This document shows positions 1 through 10,836 of a stretch of DNA of 53,967 nt, one piece after another. A program made the translations under genes and the position numbers. The notes under the pieces are model-generated. The model was not told the DNA's origin. It searched no databases and saw only the letters and a list, made by a program, of their open reading frames with translations. The DNA is from Trichomonas gallinae (taxonomy: Eukaryota): contig MRSU01008991.1 in the NCBI GenBank assembly GCA_008369845.1, positions 1 through 53,967 on the forward strand. The letters are read 5' to 3'. Within the stretch, counting starts at the first letter, position 1. Each line of letters starts with the position of its first letter.

Positions 1-13
1 AAGTGGCATCAAT

Positions 14-77
14 TTCTGTTGATCTCGCTCGAAATCTAAATTCATCGAAGTTTAGATCTCGAGCGAGATCAACAGAA
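14..77. repeat. Long inverted repeat / hairpin 1
   Basis: TTCTGTTGATCTCGCTCGA (14-32) is the exact reverse complement of 59-77. After one mismatch, ATCTAAA (34-40) pairs with TTTAGAT (51-57). Confidence 0.95.
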
Positions 78-149
78 GGCACCATATCTGAGGCATACAC
101 AGTCTTATGAGAATCTCTGAGACTGTGTATGTCTCAGATATGGTGCCTT
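76..149. repeat. Long inverted repeat / hairpin 2, abutting hairpin 1
   Basis: 76-107 (AAGGCACCATATCTGAGGCATACACAGTCTTA) pairs with 118-149 over 32 bp, with only two G.T mismatches. The 10-nt loop is itself partly self-complementary (GAGA-A-TCTC). Confidence 0.95.
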
Positions 150-516
150 AAACTAGTTGAAGCTCTTTCATCTTGTTTCAGGCGTCATATCTGACGTTGG
201 CACAATCTTCTAATATTTTTCCAACTCTTTATCTCCAAAATATAGTATATTTTATTTCACAATGCAGCATCAAAATCATTTTAAAAAGTGACGGATATGG
301 ATGCACCCCCTGTCTAAAGTGTCACTTTTGGACACTTTACGCGCCAAATCTGACACGTAAACTAGTCATTTTTCCGTTCCGAATTTCGGTTCAGAACACT
401 TTATATAATGAAAAAATTCGTTATGACTCCAAACGATTACGACGAAACAGAAATTAATTTTATTATTTTGGAAAAATAGAATAATTTTAGGGTTTTATAT
501 ATCGCATGCATTGAAA

Positions 517-978
517 TTAGTGATAATTAAGAAGTTGCCTTATGTCAGAAGGATCAATACTAATTGTTTCCGAGATTGAATTTCGAATATTATCATCATC
601 ACTTGTGCTGTCTTTCATGGAACTTTGCAGGGCCAAAGATTCATCATCTACGTAGTTCTTCTGTTCTTTAATGTGAGGCTGTATCAAGGCCCAGTTCTCA
701 GCGTACCAACACAATAACGCATTTCGATTTCGTTTTGCTAAGCGATCCAGCCTAATATCCAGCATTCTAGACAGGTTATTGGCCATAGACAATAGATGAA
801 CATACTTTAACTTCGTACCAAACTCTCTATCCATGTATTCTGATACAAAATCCATTTTGATTCCATTGTATTTGATCCTTTCGAAAATTAATAAATGGTC
901 CTTCATATTCCTTGGACTGTTGTATTTATACTTCCTCAACTTCCTTGTGCTAATAATGTCTTCAATGATTCGAATCAT
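517..978 (-). CDS. Small hypothetical protein with LDRLAKRNRNALLCWYAENW core; possibly nucleic-acid binding
   Basis: 153-aa ATG-to-TAA ORF with coding-like composition. It has a basic helical core and an acidic/Ser tail. The core resembles a trichomonad hypothetical family from memory (not searched). Confidence 0.75.
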   Translation of the reverse strand: MIRIIEDIISTRKLRKYKYNSPRNMKDHLLIFERIKYNGIKMDFVSEYMDREFGTKLKYVHLLSMANNLSRMLDIRLDRLAKRNRNALLCWYAENWALIQPHIKEQKNYVDDESLALQSSMKDSTSDDDNIRNSISETISIDPSDIRQLLNYH

Positions 979-3000
979 TTAAAAAATTTAATTTTGAAAA
1001 ATAATTGAATGCATTTTTAACATCCATTGAATCCTTCACATCGGAGAAACATAATCTACATGTGTTCAATGTCATTTAAACTTTGATTTTTTATGGTGTT
1101 TTCAATTCTGAATGAATTTACTATGGCAAACTTTACTATATTATATCTTAGAAGTATTATTTTGTAAATTATGTTTGAGAATGCCATTGTTTTTACATTT
1201 AAATATTTCTCACAATTTCATGCAATCAAACAAGAATTTAAGAATCATAATCTAGTTTAATGCTTAATTAATATGGATGAAACTATAGTTAAGGAAATGA
1301 TCGGCTTTGGACACAAATTCAATTGAAATGCTATTATTTTTATTCATTTAAAATGTGATTAATAAGTTTAAATGCGAAAACATTGCTATCTATCATGTTC
1401 TCTATCTATTATATTTAATTAGAATATGATATGAGTGATTATTATCAGTTTCTGAGAAAATTTTTCTTTAATTAGCAAATTTATGCAATATTTGGTCCTT
1501 TGATACACGATTGTTGGCTGTTGTAGGAAGCAGTTTTAAACAAACTATAATTTTCAATTATTCCTTACAATTCTATAAAAAAAGATGGGCGCGGATCTTA
1601 TTAACTATTCTATTGTATTACAAATATCTAAAGATTTCAGCCAACGTTGGAACGCATTCAAATTCCTTTAACTACCGTCACTCATCAATTTTTTACTATG
1701 TTTTTTAGCAATGTATCGTTGCTCAGATATGATTTTCCCTTTAAAATCCATCTTTTTGAACAAATTCTTACGTTGAAGTCTATATTTCATTGATTTAAAG
1801 CTTGTGTCATTGATATTCTTGATACTTACAGCTATCTTTGTATGGTTTTTAAATGCACAAATTACTGTGAAAGAATTTAAATGTGTTTTGTGCATTTTGA
1901 CGATGGAAGATGATTAACTCTTTTAACCCAAGTTAAATATGTGACAGCCCTACATTCTACCTATCGATGAAGAGTCTATCATTTTGATTTAGTATATAAA
2001 ACTTCACCAAAAATATGAAAAAACTGTTATATTCATTTCGTGTTTATTGTATATTTTGCAACATTCTCAAGATTCTGTATAAAAAAACCCTGAAGATACG
2101 TTAGCTGTTATCATTTTGGCCATTATTCTTAAGATCTTCTTAAATTTCACATTCATGAATATTTTCGATATTACTGCCTGTATGCAGATATATTTAATAA
2201 ATAAATGCTAATTCATGTTGCCCCAACAAATTGAGAAATAATGATCATGATGCTGTAATTTTGCTTTGAATAATATGGAATGGCATCAATATTAAATACT
2301 ATTTTACTAGGATAACAACACTTATGTTAAAGATTTCACCAACTTTGACTATTTCCATGATTGTGTAGATAGTTAGAGTGCCAGGACGAACTTGTTAGTC
2401 TGCGTTAATAGTTGTCTAGAATAGGAATAAAGCTATAAAATATACACATCTTTGTCCGATCATAGACAGGTTTGTCAGGCCGCTCTAGATCGAATAATCA
2501 TTTATTGCAGCCTTGAGTTAGACTAATGATTATTCAGCATACCATTTCATGCCCTTTGCATTTGACTTGAAACAAGCTTCTTAATGTTATTAAGTTTATT
2601 ACTATTAATATCAATATGAAATCGAATAATGCCCAGTCTGCTGAAAATGTTGCTGCAGAAAGTTGACATTTTTTGTGTTAAAACACTGATTATATTTACG
2701 AGTTTACTGAAATGAGATATAGATATATTTACCGAAATTGCTTATATTTATTGAATTTATCAATATTTTGTCGTTGGAAAATTTGGAATCAAAATATCAA
2801 ACTTTGGATTCAGTTTTTTAAAAGTAAATAAAAGATATAAACGATAAATTCTTGAATTACAAATACATTATGCAAAAACCTCACTTTTTTAAAATTCAAT
2901 CTTTATAACTTAACATCGGAAGGCACCTTATCAAGAAAAAAGACTGAGTAATTTAAAATAATATAATCCGTAATATATTTACAAACAAAAAACAAAAAAA

Positions 3001-3987
3001 TTAGCACAAGATTGTCTTTGGCATTGCCTTAAGTCTTCTGCAGCCACCCATAAGTGTTGAGTGTGCTGAGATTCTGAAGACCTGTGTACTGGCCTTTGGC
3101 TTGAAGGCAGCATTTGGCTTGTAAGAGTCATAAATCAGTTTCCTTATCTCTCTCATCTCTGTGCGATTTTCTGGCTCGAAAACCAAGCATTTTTCAATGA
3201 TTGAGCGGAATTTTTCGTCTGGGAGGATGTTCACGTTGATTCCCTTCTTGTAGTCCTCAGTCAACAAAGAAATAGTAGAGCCTCTGAATGGAAGTCTTCC
3301 TGTGGCCAATGCGTAAAAAGTTACTCCAAAGGACCAAACGTCGGCCTTGAACGGGTCGTAGACTTGCTCCATCATCACCTCAGGCGCAATGAAGTTCATT
3401 GTGCCTGCGAGCTGTGTGGATCTGCGGCTGCCTGTCTCGCAACTGCTCTCAGAGTCTGATTCGTCTGAAGAAGATTCGTCCTCTGAGTGTGACTTTGTGT
3501 CGATGAACTGTGTGAGACCGAAATCGCAGAGCTTTGCGCGTCCGAACTCGTCGATGATGATGTTTGAGAGCTTGATATCGCAATGGGCGAAGCCTTTCTC
3601 GTGCATGTAGTTTAGAGCGTCGGCGATTTGTCTGAAGTATTTGACGTATTCGGTTTGTGGGACATTTTTGCCTGTGTGAAGCATCTCTAACAAGTTTCCA
3701 CCTGTGCAGTACTCGAGAATAATGAATAAGTAGTTAAGCCCTGTGAAAACATCATAAGTTCTGACAATATTTGGGTGATTGAGGGAAGTAAGTGCATTAA
3801 CCTCTCTTTCGTATGACTGCTTGTGTGCTGCGTTGAGTTTGTGCCATGATGATACCTTGCAAACGAAATTCATTTTGTATTTCTCTGAATAAACGATGTA
3901 GCAAGATCCAAAAGCACCCTTATTGAGGAACTCAACGACCTTGTAGTCATGCTTCTGTAAGATTTCGTAAACGATGTTGATCATCAT
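3001..3987 (-). CDS. CAMK-group Ser/Thr protein kinase (non-RD, acidic activation-loop insert)
   Basis: Kinase motifs KGAFGSC, FVCK, HPNIV, LEYC, HCDIKLSN, DFG, APE, DVWSFG. Confidence 0.95.
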   Translation of the reverse strand: MMINIVYEILQKHDYKVVEFLNKGAFGSCYIVYSEKYKMNFVCKVSSWHKLNAAHKQSYEREVNALTSLNHPNIVRTYDVFTGLNYLFIILEYCTGGNLLEMLHTGKNVPQTEYVKYFRQIADALNYMHEKGFAHCDIKLSNIIIDEFGRAKLCDFGLTQFIDTKSHSEDESSSDESDSESSCETGSRRSTQLAGTMNFIAPEVMMEQVYDPFKADVWSFGVTFYALATGRLPFRGSTISLLTEDYKKGINVNILPDEKFRSIIEKCLVFEPENRTEMREIRKLIYDSYKPNAAFKPKASTQVFRISAHSTLMGGCRRLKAMPKTILC

Positions 3988-4043
3988 GAAATATGAAATA
4001 AATATTCAAACACTTAATTTCTTAAGATTGAATATTTTCCTTC

Positions 4044-4191
4044 AAAAATGAGCATTGCAATTTACTCATCATATGGATTATATATAACTAAAGAAGAAAA
4101 TTGTTAAAATTGAATACTTTTGAGTAAAAATTGAGCATTGTGATTTACTCATCATAGAAAATCTAAATAACGAAAGAATAAAATGGTTAAA
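4044..4191. repeat. Imperfect ~65-bp direct repeat (2 copies, 83-bp period) upstream of the kinase
   Basis: TGAGCATTG..ATTTACTCATCATA...ATAAC.AAAGAA.AAAAT.GTTAAA occurs at 4049 and 4132. Confidence 0.8.
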
Positions 4192-6250
4192 CAAATAAAT
4201 TGAATCGAAAAACAGGGAGGTTTTATTCAAATATTTCAACCACATTCAAAAAATTGATCCATTTTGATTCATTCAAACCAAATACTTTCTGTAGACTTTT
4301 CCCTGCTATATTTCATATTTTCTATTCTAGAGCATGATTTAAGCAATATTAAATTTCCCGTTTTTTTCTAATTTGAGAATAATTTTTGTATATATTGGAC
4401 CATTTTTCGCACGAAGAATCTCTGTAGATATTGTCAATGGTTAATAATTTTAGAAGAAAAAATAAGTTCGACATAAAAAATAAACAAAATTACAAAACAT
4501 TTAGATATATGAGGTAGATTTAGATATATTTTTTGGTCAATTGATTTAATTTCTGAGGATTTTTTCCCCATCTTCATTCAATATTGAAAGAATTTTTTCG
4601 CTGCTAAATTAACATTTTGGAATATTACCTATTTTATTAACTTGGACAAGATTGTAACAACTTTTTACATTTATTTTCAAATTATTTTATTCGTTTATCG
4701 CACATAATAATCTACTACATTAATAGATCATTTTAAAATAGTTTTTGAGAATGACCACAGCTTTGAAAAAAATTGAGACTATTTTTTTCTTTTCAATTTT
4801 GGTGGCGTGTAGAGATATGTGCAGCAGATCACAATATAGCAAAAATGATCCGTAATATTAATTGTAAACTGCAGTTTTTGAATGTAAGCCATGTAAAGCA
4901 TCCAAAAATGTAAATCTGGGGTTTTGTTGTAAGGAATTGATATTGAGATAGCTTTCTTCTCAGCTTATATCTCTTTTTCTGTTGAAGGCTTTTCTTGTTA
5001 TCTTGCAGTTTGATAATTTAACAAAATTTTGTTTGAAAGAAATTGATTCTCCTTATTGCGATTCATGAATTATCATCTTTATCTATAACCCAACAAATAC
5101 TGGAGCATATTTATCTGAAAAATAACTGTTTTAGTTGACAACAATAATTCAAATCATTTTGGATTTGTTATTTTGGAATTTGATTAGTATATTTATATTA
5201 TTTACACATATCTCATGATATATTCACTAGAATTTACACTATAACCTTTCGATAGACGATTTTTGAAACGCAAAACTCATGAAAGTTCATTTCTGATAAA
5301 TTACTCAAGTGTTATTAATGAGATATGGTTCTTGTATGGGATTATCCAACTTTATTTTCTCATTTTCGATATTATATAGAAGAATTTGAAATGAATATCT
5401 CGATTAATTATAATATGGTTTACAAAATCAATCTATTTTAACAAAAAACTATACAGTAATAATTGTATTGGAAGAATACTGGCCAATTCCTCATATAAAC
5501 AGAGATTGAAGCATGATTTTGTTTAAGTTACATTAAATGATGGTCTTACACATATGTATTAATTATATGACTATATTTCATGCTAATACCAATGTTTTCA
5601 CTGCTTAATCATATGTATATTTTGTTTTACAAATTTTGCAAATAATCATGTTATTATCGTTTTAGAAATAGTAGATATATTGCAACGAATGATAAGTAGA
5701 ATGTTCATCGCGCTCTTTAGCTTTATTTATTCATTTTTGGAGAAAATATTGAGTCATTGATTTGTTTCATCATTTCTAGGTCATAGGAATCCAAATACAA
5801 GATAAATGACTAACAAGGGTTTAAATATTGAAATAACAACAGTATTTTTGTGAATTTTAAATTTTTAAATTTTAGATCAATATAATGTAATTTGCAACTG
5901 AAGATACAAAAGATATAAGCTAATATAATAATATAATGCATATTAGAATATAAATAAAGCAATTTCAAAAGTACAAAGAAAAATATTGCTCTTTGAAATA
6001 CGATTTTTTGTTAAATTTAACTAGTGTTGACATTGTGTATCACAAAAATTGAGTTATTTTGCCAATTCAAATCAAAATAAATTTATCAACGAATATTGCC
6101 ATTTCAGTAATGACTGAGCTCACAAATTATAGCTAATAAAGAGTTTTTAAGATTGTTCTGAGCAGCATTTTGATTTCCGCTATTAGATTACTATTAAACA
6201 TAACATTTAATTAAAATAAACTGATTTATATTAACAAACAAACATAAAAT

Positions 6251-7180
6251 CTACATTGTCATGAGATGCGAGGACGGGACCCTCGACAATCTCTTCTTTC
6301 CATCAATAATTCGACTTGCTGCGTTTCTTGCAAGGATATTATTGATATATTTTGGCTTGAGAGAGTTGCTTTCCCTGAAGCATTCCAATGTCTTCATCTT
6401 TAACTGCTTCATTGTCGGTCTTTGTGCAGGATCAAAAGTTAAACAGCTCACCAATATTTCTCTATAATGCATATCAGCGATATTTATTGTGTCATAACCA
6501 TCCTTGATCTCTTTCAATATTGATTCTGGAGATTTGCCGCTGAATGGAAGATGTCCAGTTGCAAGGCAATAAAAGGTTACTCCTAAGGACCATACGTCTG
6601 CTTTAAATGGATCATAGCCTTTGCCAATCATTATTTCCGGTGACATATAGTTCACTGTGCCACATAATTTGTTCGAATTCTTTCTGCGATTAGGTTGAAC
6701 CATCTGAGAGAGGCCAAAATCGCAAAGCTTCGCTCTTCCATAGTCATCTAGAAGGATATTTGATGGTTTAATGTCGCAATGCGCGATTCCTTTGTCGTGC
6801 ATATAACATAAAGCGTCAAGAATATCGATAAAATGCCTGATCTGCTGTTTAATGGGAATTGGCTTTCCAATGAACATGGCATCAAGGAGATTGCCTCCAG
6901 AGCAGTACTCTAAGATCATGAACAAATATTGATCTGTTGAAAAGACTTCATAGATGCTAACTATGTGGCTATGAGTGAGATGGCTCAATGCCTCGACTTC
7001 TCTCCGATAGTTCAGCATGAAAGATTCATCAATATTAAGGCCTCCTATTACTTTGCAAACGAATCTTTTGTTATATTTCTGGCTATAGACTAGATAACAT
7101 GACCCAAAGGCTCCCTTGTTGATGTAATGGATGTACGTGTACTCATGTTGGTAGAGAACATTTTCTACTTCCTCAAGCAT
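6251..7180 (-). CDS. CAMK-group Ser/Thr protein kinase, tandem paralogue of 3001-3987
   Basis: Motifs NKGAFGSCY, FVCK, HCDIKPSN, GRAKLCDFG, SPE, YDPFKADVWS; most are shared with the neighbouring kinase. Confidence 0.95.
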   Translation of the reverse strand: MLEEVENVLYQHEYTYIHYINKGAFGSCYLVYSQKYNKRFVCKVIGGLNIDESFMLNYRREVEALSHLTHSHIVSIYEVFSTDQYLFMILEYCSGGNLLDAMFIGKPIPIKQQIRHFIDILDALCYMHDKGIAHCDIKPSNILLDDYGRAKLCDFGLSQMVQPNRRKNSNKLCGTVNYMSPEIMIGKGYDPFKADVWSLGVTFYCLATGHLPFSGKSPESILKEIKDGYDTINIADMHYREILVSCLTFDPAQRPTMKQLKMKTLECFRESNSLKPKYINNILARNAASRIIDGKKRLSRVPSSHLMTM

Positions 7181-8757
7181 GCAATCTGATAATTCTAAAC
7201 TTTCACAAAAATCGAATTCAAATTTGTTTAGCGGAACATTTAAAACACAATATATTAGACATAAAGATGTTGCCGAATTCTGAAATTTAGCTTAAAACAT
7301 TGATTTTAGACTTTTGACAAAATGAAAATATCAGAATTGTGAATTATCGAGAAAATACATTGACATATGAATGCAGGTTTAGGAAATATGCGTTGCACGT
7401 TTGTCTACATTGAAATAACTTTGAAAGAAACCTATGAAAAAATTGAAATATTTTTCTCCGGTTATTTTATAATTTTGTGTAATGTGATTGGTAATATATG
7501 AACGGATAGTTTGAACAAAATGCTATTTCTATGCTGTAAAATTGCATTGAAATATTGGGACGTTCTCAAATTATAATTGATTTTTTATCGATAAAAATTT
7601 CATCTATACAAATAAAATGCATTCAGTAATGACTCGAAATTAAATCATGCTTATCCGCTTTAGTTTAAATGCTATAATATTAGATAATCATTAAAACTAT
7701 AATCAATATCATATAAAATATTTGACAAGCACGTTACGGTTTCATTTTCTGAAGAATTTAATTTATGGACTAAAATAGATATATTCATGAAATGCTATTT
7801 CATTTTTAAAAAAATATTTTGAATGGATTTTTATACCAACTGCAATAGTTTTAATATATTACATATGCTAATTAAATCCTCCGATCGTGGATTTTTACGA
7901 TTCTTTACAAATTATCAGAATTTTTGTTTAAATAGAATTTAAAAATGATCTATATAAAGTATATATTAATATTTTAGAATCTCTTTTCATTGTTTTTATG
8001 TATTCAATTTCATTTGGGAAAAATTCATATAAAATAATCGTTTATTTTATGTAACATGTTCGTATTCCATTCTAATAAGTCTGATACTTAATATTTTAAA
8101 CAATAAAATAAGTTATAATTGACTTCAGAGAATCGACGTTCAAAATAATTGTCATTTTTAGGAATAAATGATAAAATATTCTTAATTTTCGTCTACAAGG
8201 CATATATTTTAAATTCCAAGCCATTATCTCGAATTTTTGATTTGAGCAATATATTGTCTAAAAAAACTTGCATAACCTTAATACTAGTGTCTTCTAATCA
8301 CTTGTTCATATGGCATGCGTTCCAAATTGTTGATCAGTGAAAGTCTGTTTTATATATTTTAAATTTCTCACACATGTCATTTAATTGCTTTAACTAACAT
8401 GATATAGTATTACCACAATCATTTGGATCTATTACCATTATAGAGCCAGTTCAATTCTCTATATTTACTGTCAAATTTATTATTGCTCAAAAATACTAAC
8501 GAATTTGCTCAAATCTTTCAGATAAATAATATGAAATCATGCATTTAGAATATTAATCAAGCATATGTGCCCATTAATGATTATATACAGGATTTTGATA
8601 AATCATCAAAAAATCTGAATAAAAATGTGATATTCGTGATTATTATGCTATACGTATTGCTGTGGTGTAAAAATGAGAGTAATACATTTCGAATTACGAC
8701 ACTTTTTCCTTGTCAGTGTAAAATTCGTGGAATCTTTCCAAAAAATTTTTTCCATTG

Positions 8758-10128
8758 ATGAACTCACCGAGCAAGTCTGGAAAGAACATAATTCGCGATT
8801 TTACTGTTAATATAGAACTACCTGATACAATTCCTTCACCAATTCTGCTTGATAAAGAATCAAGATCAAAAAGTCAAAGCAGTTTCTTTGTTGATGAAGG
8901 ATTAAGCTTAGATGATGATAGTGATGATCTTTTCTTCGCTCATAACACTTCACCTAAGGCAAAACATAAATCAAGAACTAAATTGAACCAAAACTCAGTA
9001 AATTCTGAAAAGGCATCAACTCCAACTCGAAAAAGAAGAGGAAATCCTTCAACGGGTACGAAAAAGCCAAAATTTACAAATTTATCATGTCCTAACTCAA
9101 TTGACTCAGATGATGAGATCAAGAAAATCGAGACAACATATACTATGCCAGATATGAAAGATTACGAGGATTCAGATAAAGAAGAAAATTTTGAGATTAA
9201 TATAAACAAAGAAAATTGGCAATCAGAACAAAAACCCATGTCTGGATCAATGCCGCTTCGTCCTCCACCAGCAATTTCTCCACCTCGAGGATATGCTGGC
9301 GAAAATCCAAGATTAATGAAAGCGCGCTTAAAAGCAAGCAAAATTGATGCTTCAAATTCTGGAGCATCAGCAAGTCCGGTTCCATCACCGCCTTCGTCTC
9401 CAGTTCAAAGAGTCAGACCATACATAAGACGCGGAGCTCCCCATCCTGATCACGCCATGAAAATAGATTCTCCTACTGTTACGCAGTCTGATAATACCAT
9501 TTCTGAAGGAAGTATTTTTACAGATGATCAAAATTCTTCAGGAGCCGTCGAAGAGCAAAAGAATTCTTCTCAATCAACTTCAGAAAACTCAGTTCAACCA
9601 CAGCAGACAGATTTCAACTCAAAGAAAAATTTCACAATTTCATACGAGGTCAAAAAGAACAAATTAGGAGCTTCTAGGAAATACTGCAAGATATTTAAGA
9701 ACTCAGAAGCTCTTTTCTCCATTAAAACAAAAAATTCAATCGATAATACTACAATCGAAATACAGAAGGGCTCAGATCCTCACATTTCAGGTGGTGGTTC
9801 TCACGGCATCATTATTGTAGCGAACGATGAAAAAGATTTTTCATTACGAGAAACATCTGAATATAGCCCTGAATTATTAACGTTCCGCTATATTGAGAAA
9901 GATAGATATAGACTTTACTTGCATGAATTTGAAAATAAGCCAACATTAAATTTGAAAGCAACAATTCATCTTAATGAACTTCAAACCATCGATTTTACTG
10001 AAGAGAATTACGGATTATTTATAAAGCTAACATTCCTTAATCAAACAACCATTTCTGCCCAATGTTCTCCAACAATTGATCCAAAAAGACTTTTGACTAT
10101 TGCTTTCGCCTTGTTTGTAAATAAATAG
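8758..10128 (+). CDS. Hypothetical protein: long Ser/Pro-rich disordered N-terminus, beta-rich C-terminal domain (possibly Tubby C-terminal-like)
   Basis: 456-aa ORF starting at ATG 8758 (the track's TTG start ignored). The last ~150 aa show alternating beta-strand patterns ending in a hydrophobic helix (IDPKRLLTIAFALF). The fold call is tentative. Confidence 0.8.
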   Translation: MNSPSKSGKNIIRDFTVNIELPDTIPSPILLDKESRSKSQSSFFVDEGLSLDDDSDDLFFAHNTSPKAKHKSRTKLNQNSVNSEKASTPTRKRRGNPSTGTKKPKFTNLSCPNSIDSDDEIKKIETTYTMPDMKDYEDSDKEENFEININKENWQSEQKPMSGSMPLRPPPAISPPRGYAGENPRLMKARLKASKIDASNSGASASPVPSPPSSPVQRVRPYIRRGAPHPDHAMKIDSPTVTQSDNTISEGSIFTDDQNSSGAVEEQKNSSQSTSENSVQPQQTDFNSKKNFTISYEVKKNKLGASRKYCKIFKNSEALFSIKTKNSIDNTTIEIQKGSDPHISGGGSHGIIIVANDEKDFSLRETSEYSPELLTFRYIEKDRYRLYLHEFENKPTLNLKATIHLNELQTIDFTEENYGLFIKLTFLNQTTISAQCSPTIDPKRLLTIAFALFVNK

Positions 10129-10388
10129 AGATATTATTTTGCGAAATATTAATGATACATCATTACGAAATAGAATAATTTATATATTTTTGAACAATGA
10201 ATAATTTTATTTCACACCAAGAGTTGATTTTAAGTAAAATATAAATAAGAACTAGATGCTTATGGTATTGCTAAAATATAAATGAAGGTTTTTGATAACA
10301 AATTGATTCTCAATGATAGTTAATAGAAATATAAAGTTGGTGACCTGTATATAGAAGGAGAAGATAAATAATATGCTGATGCAAGAGT

Positions 10389-10406
10389 TATATATATATA
10401 TATATA
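10389..10406. repeat. (TA)9 microsatellite
   Basis: Read directly from the sequence. Confidence 0.9.
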
Positions 10407-10836
10407 TTAATGTCTGTGAGATATGGAATTCGATTATTTTGGTTAAGGTTTGACTTTTCTTAATGATTTCGTGTGCGACAATGCTTCAGATATTACAGTT
10501 TTAATTTAGGTCAGAAAAAAAGCATCAAAATTTTCTGGGATTTTACGATTATTTTTAGTTCAAAATAACAAACATATAAAATCATGTTATTAATCATAAT
10601 ATTTAAAAATTAAGCTGCTTGCACACCCGTAAATATAAGCGATAGATCATCACCTCACAAATCCTGTTTTGTTGTCTTCTCCTCCACCGAATAGTTTCGA
10701 GGGGAGACAAGCCCAGCTTAAAGAAGGGGATGAGGCAGATCAACTTATAAATGATACAGATGAAGAAATTCATAAATTTGAAGATATTTGCACAAAAATT
10801 TTGACTAAACCTCAGTTCGAACATGAAATATTGGAA

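Noticed and set aside
173..457. 94-aa ORF next to the hairpins
   Set aside because: TTG start, no recognisable transposase or Rep motif, and it lies within structured repeat-like DNA.
10629..10639. GTAAATATAAG as a mini-intron that would remove the upstream stops
   Set aside because: Only 11 nt, no branch-point motif, shifts the frame, and does not connect to a usable ATG.
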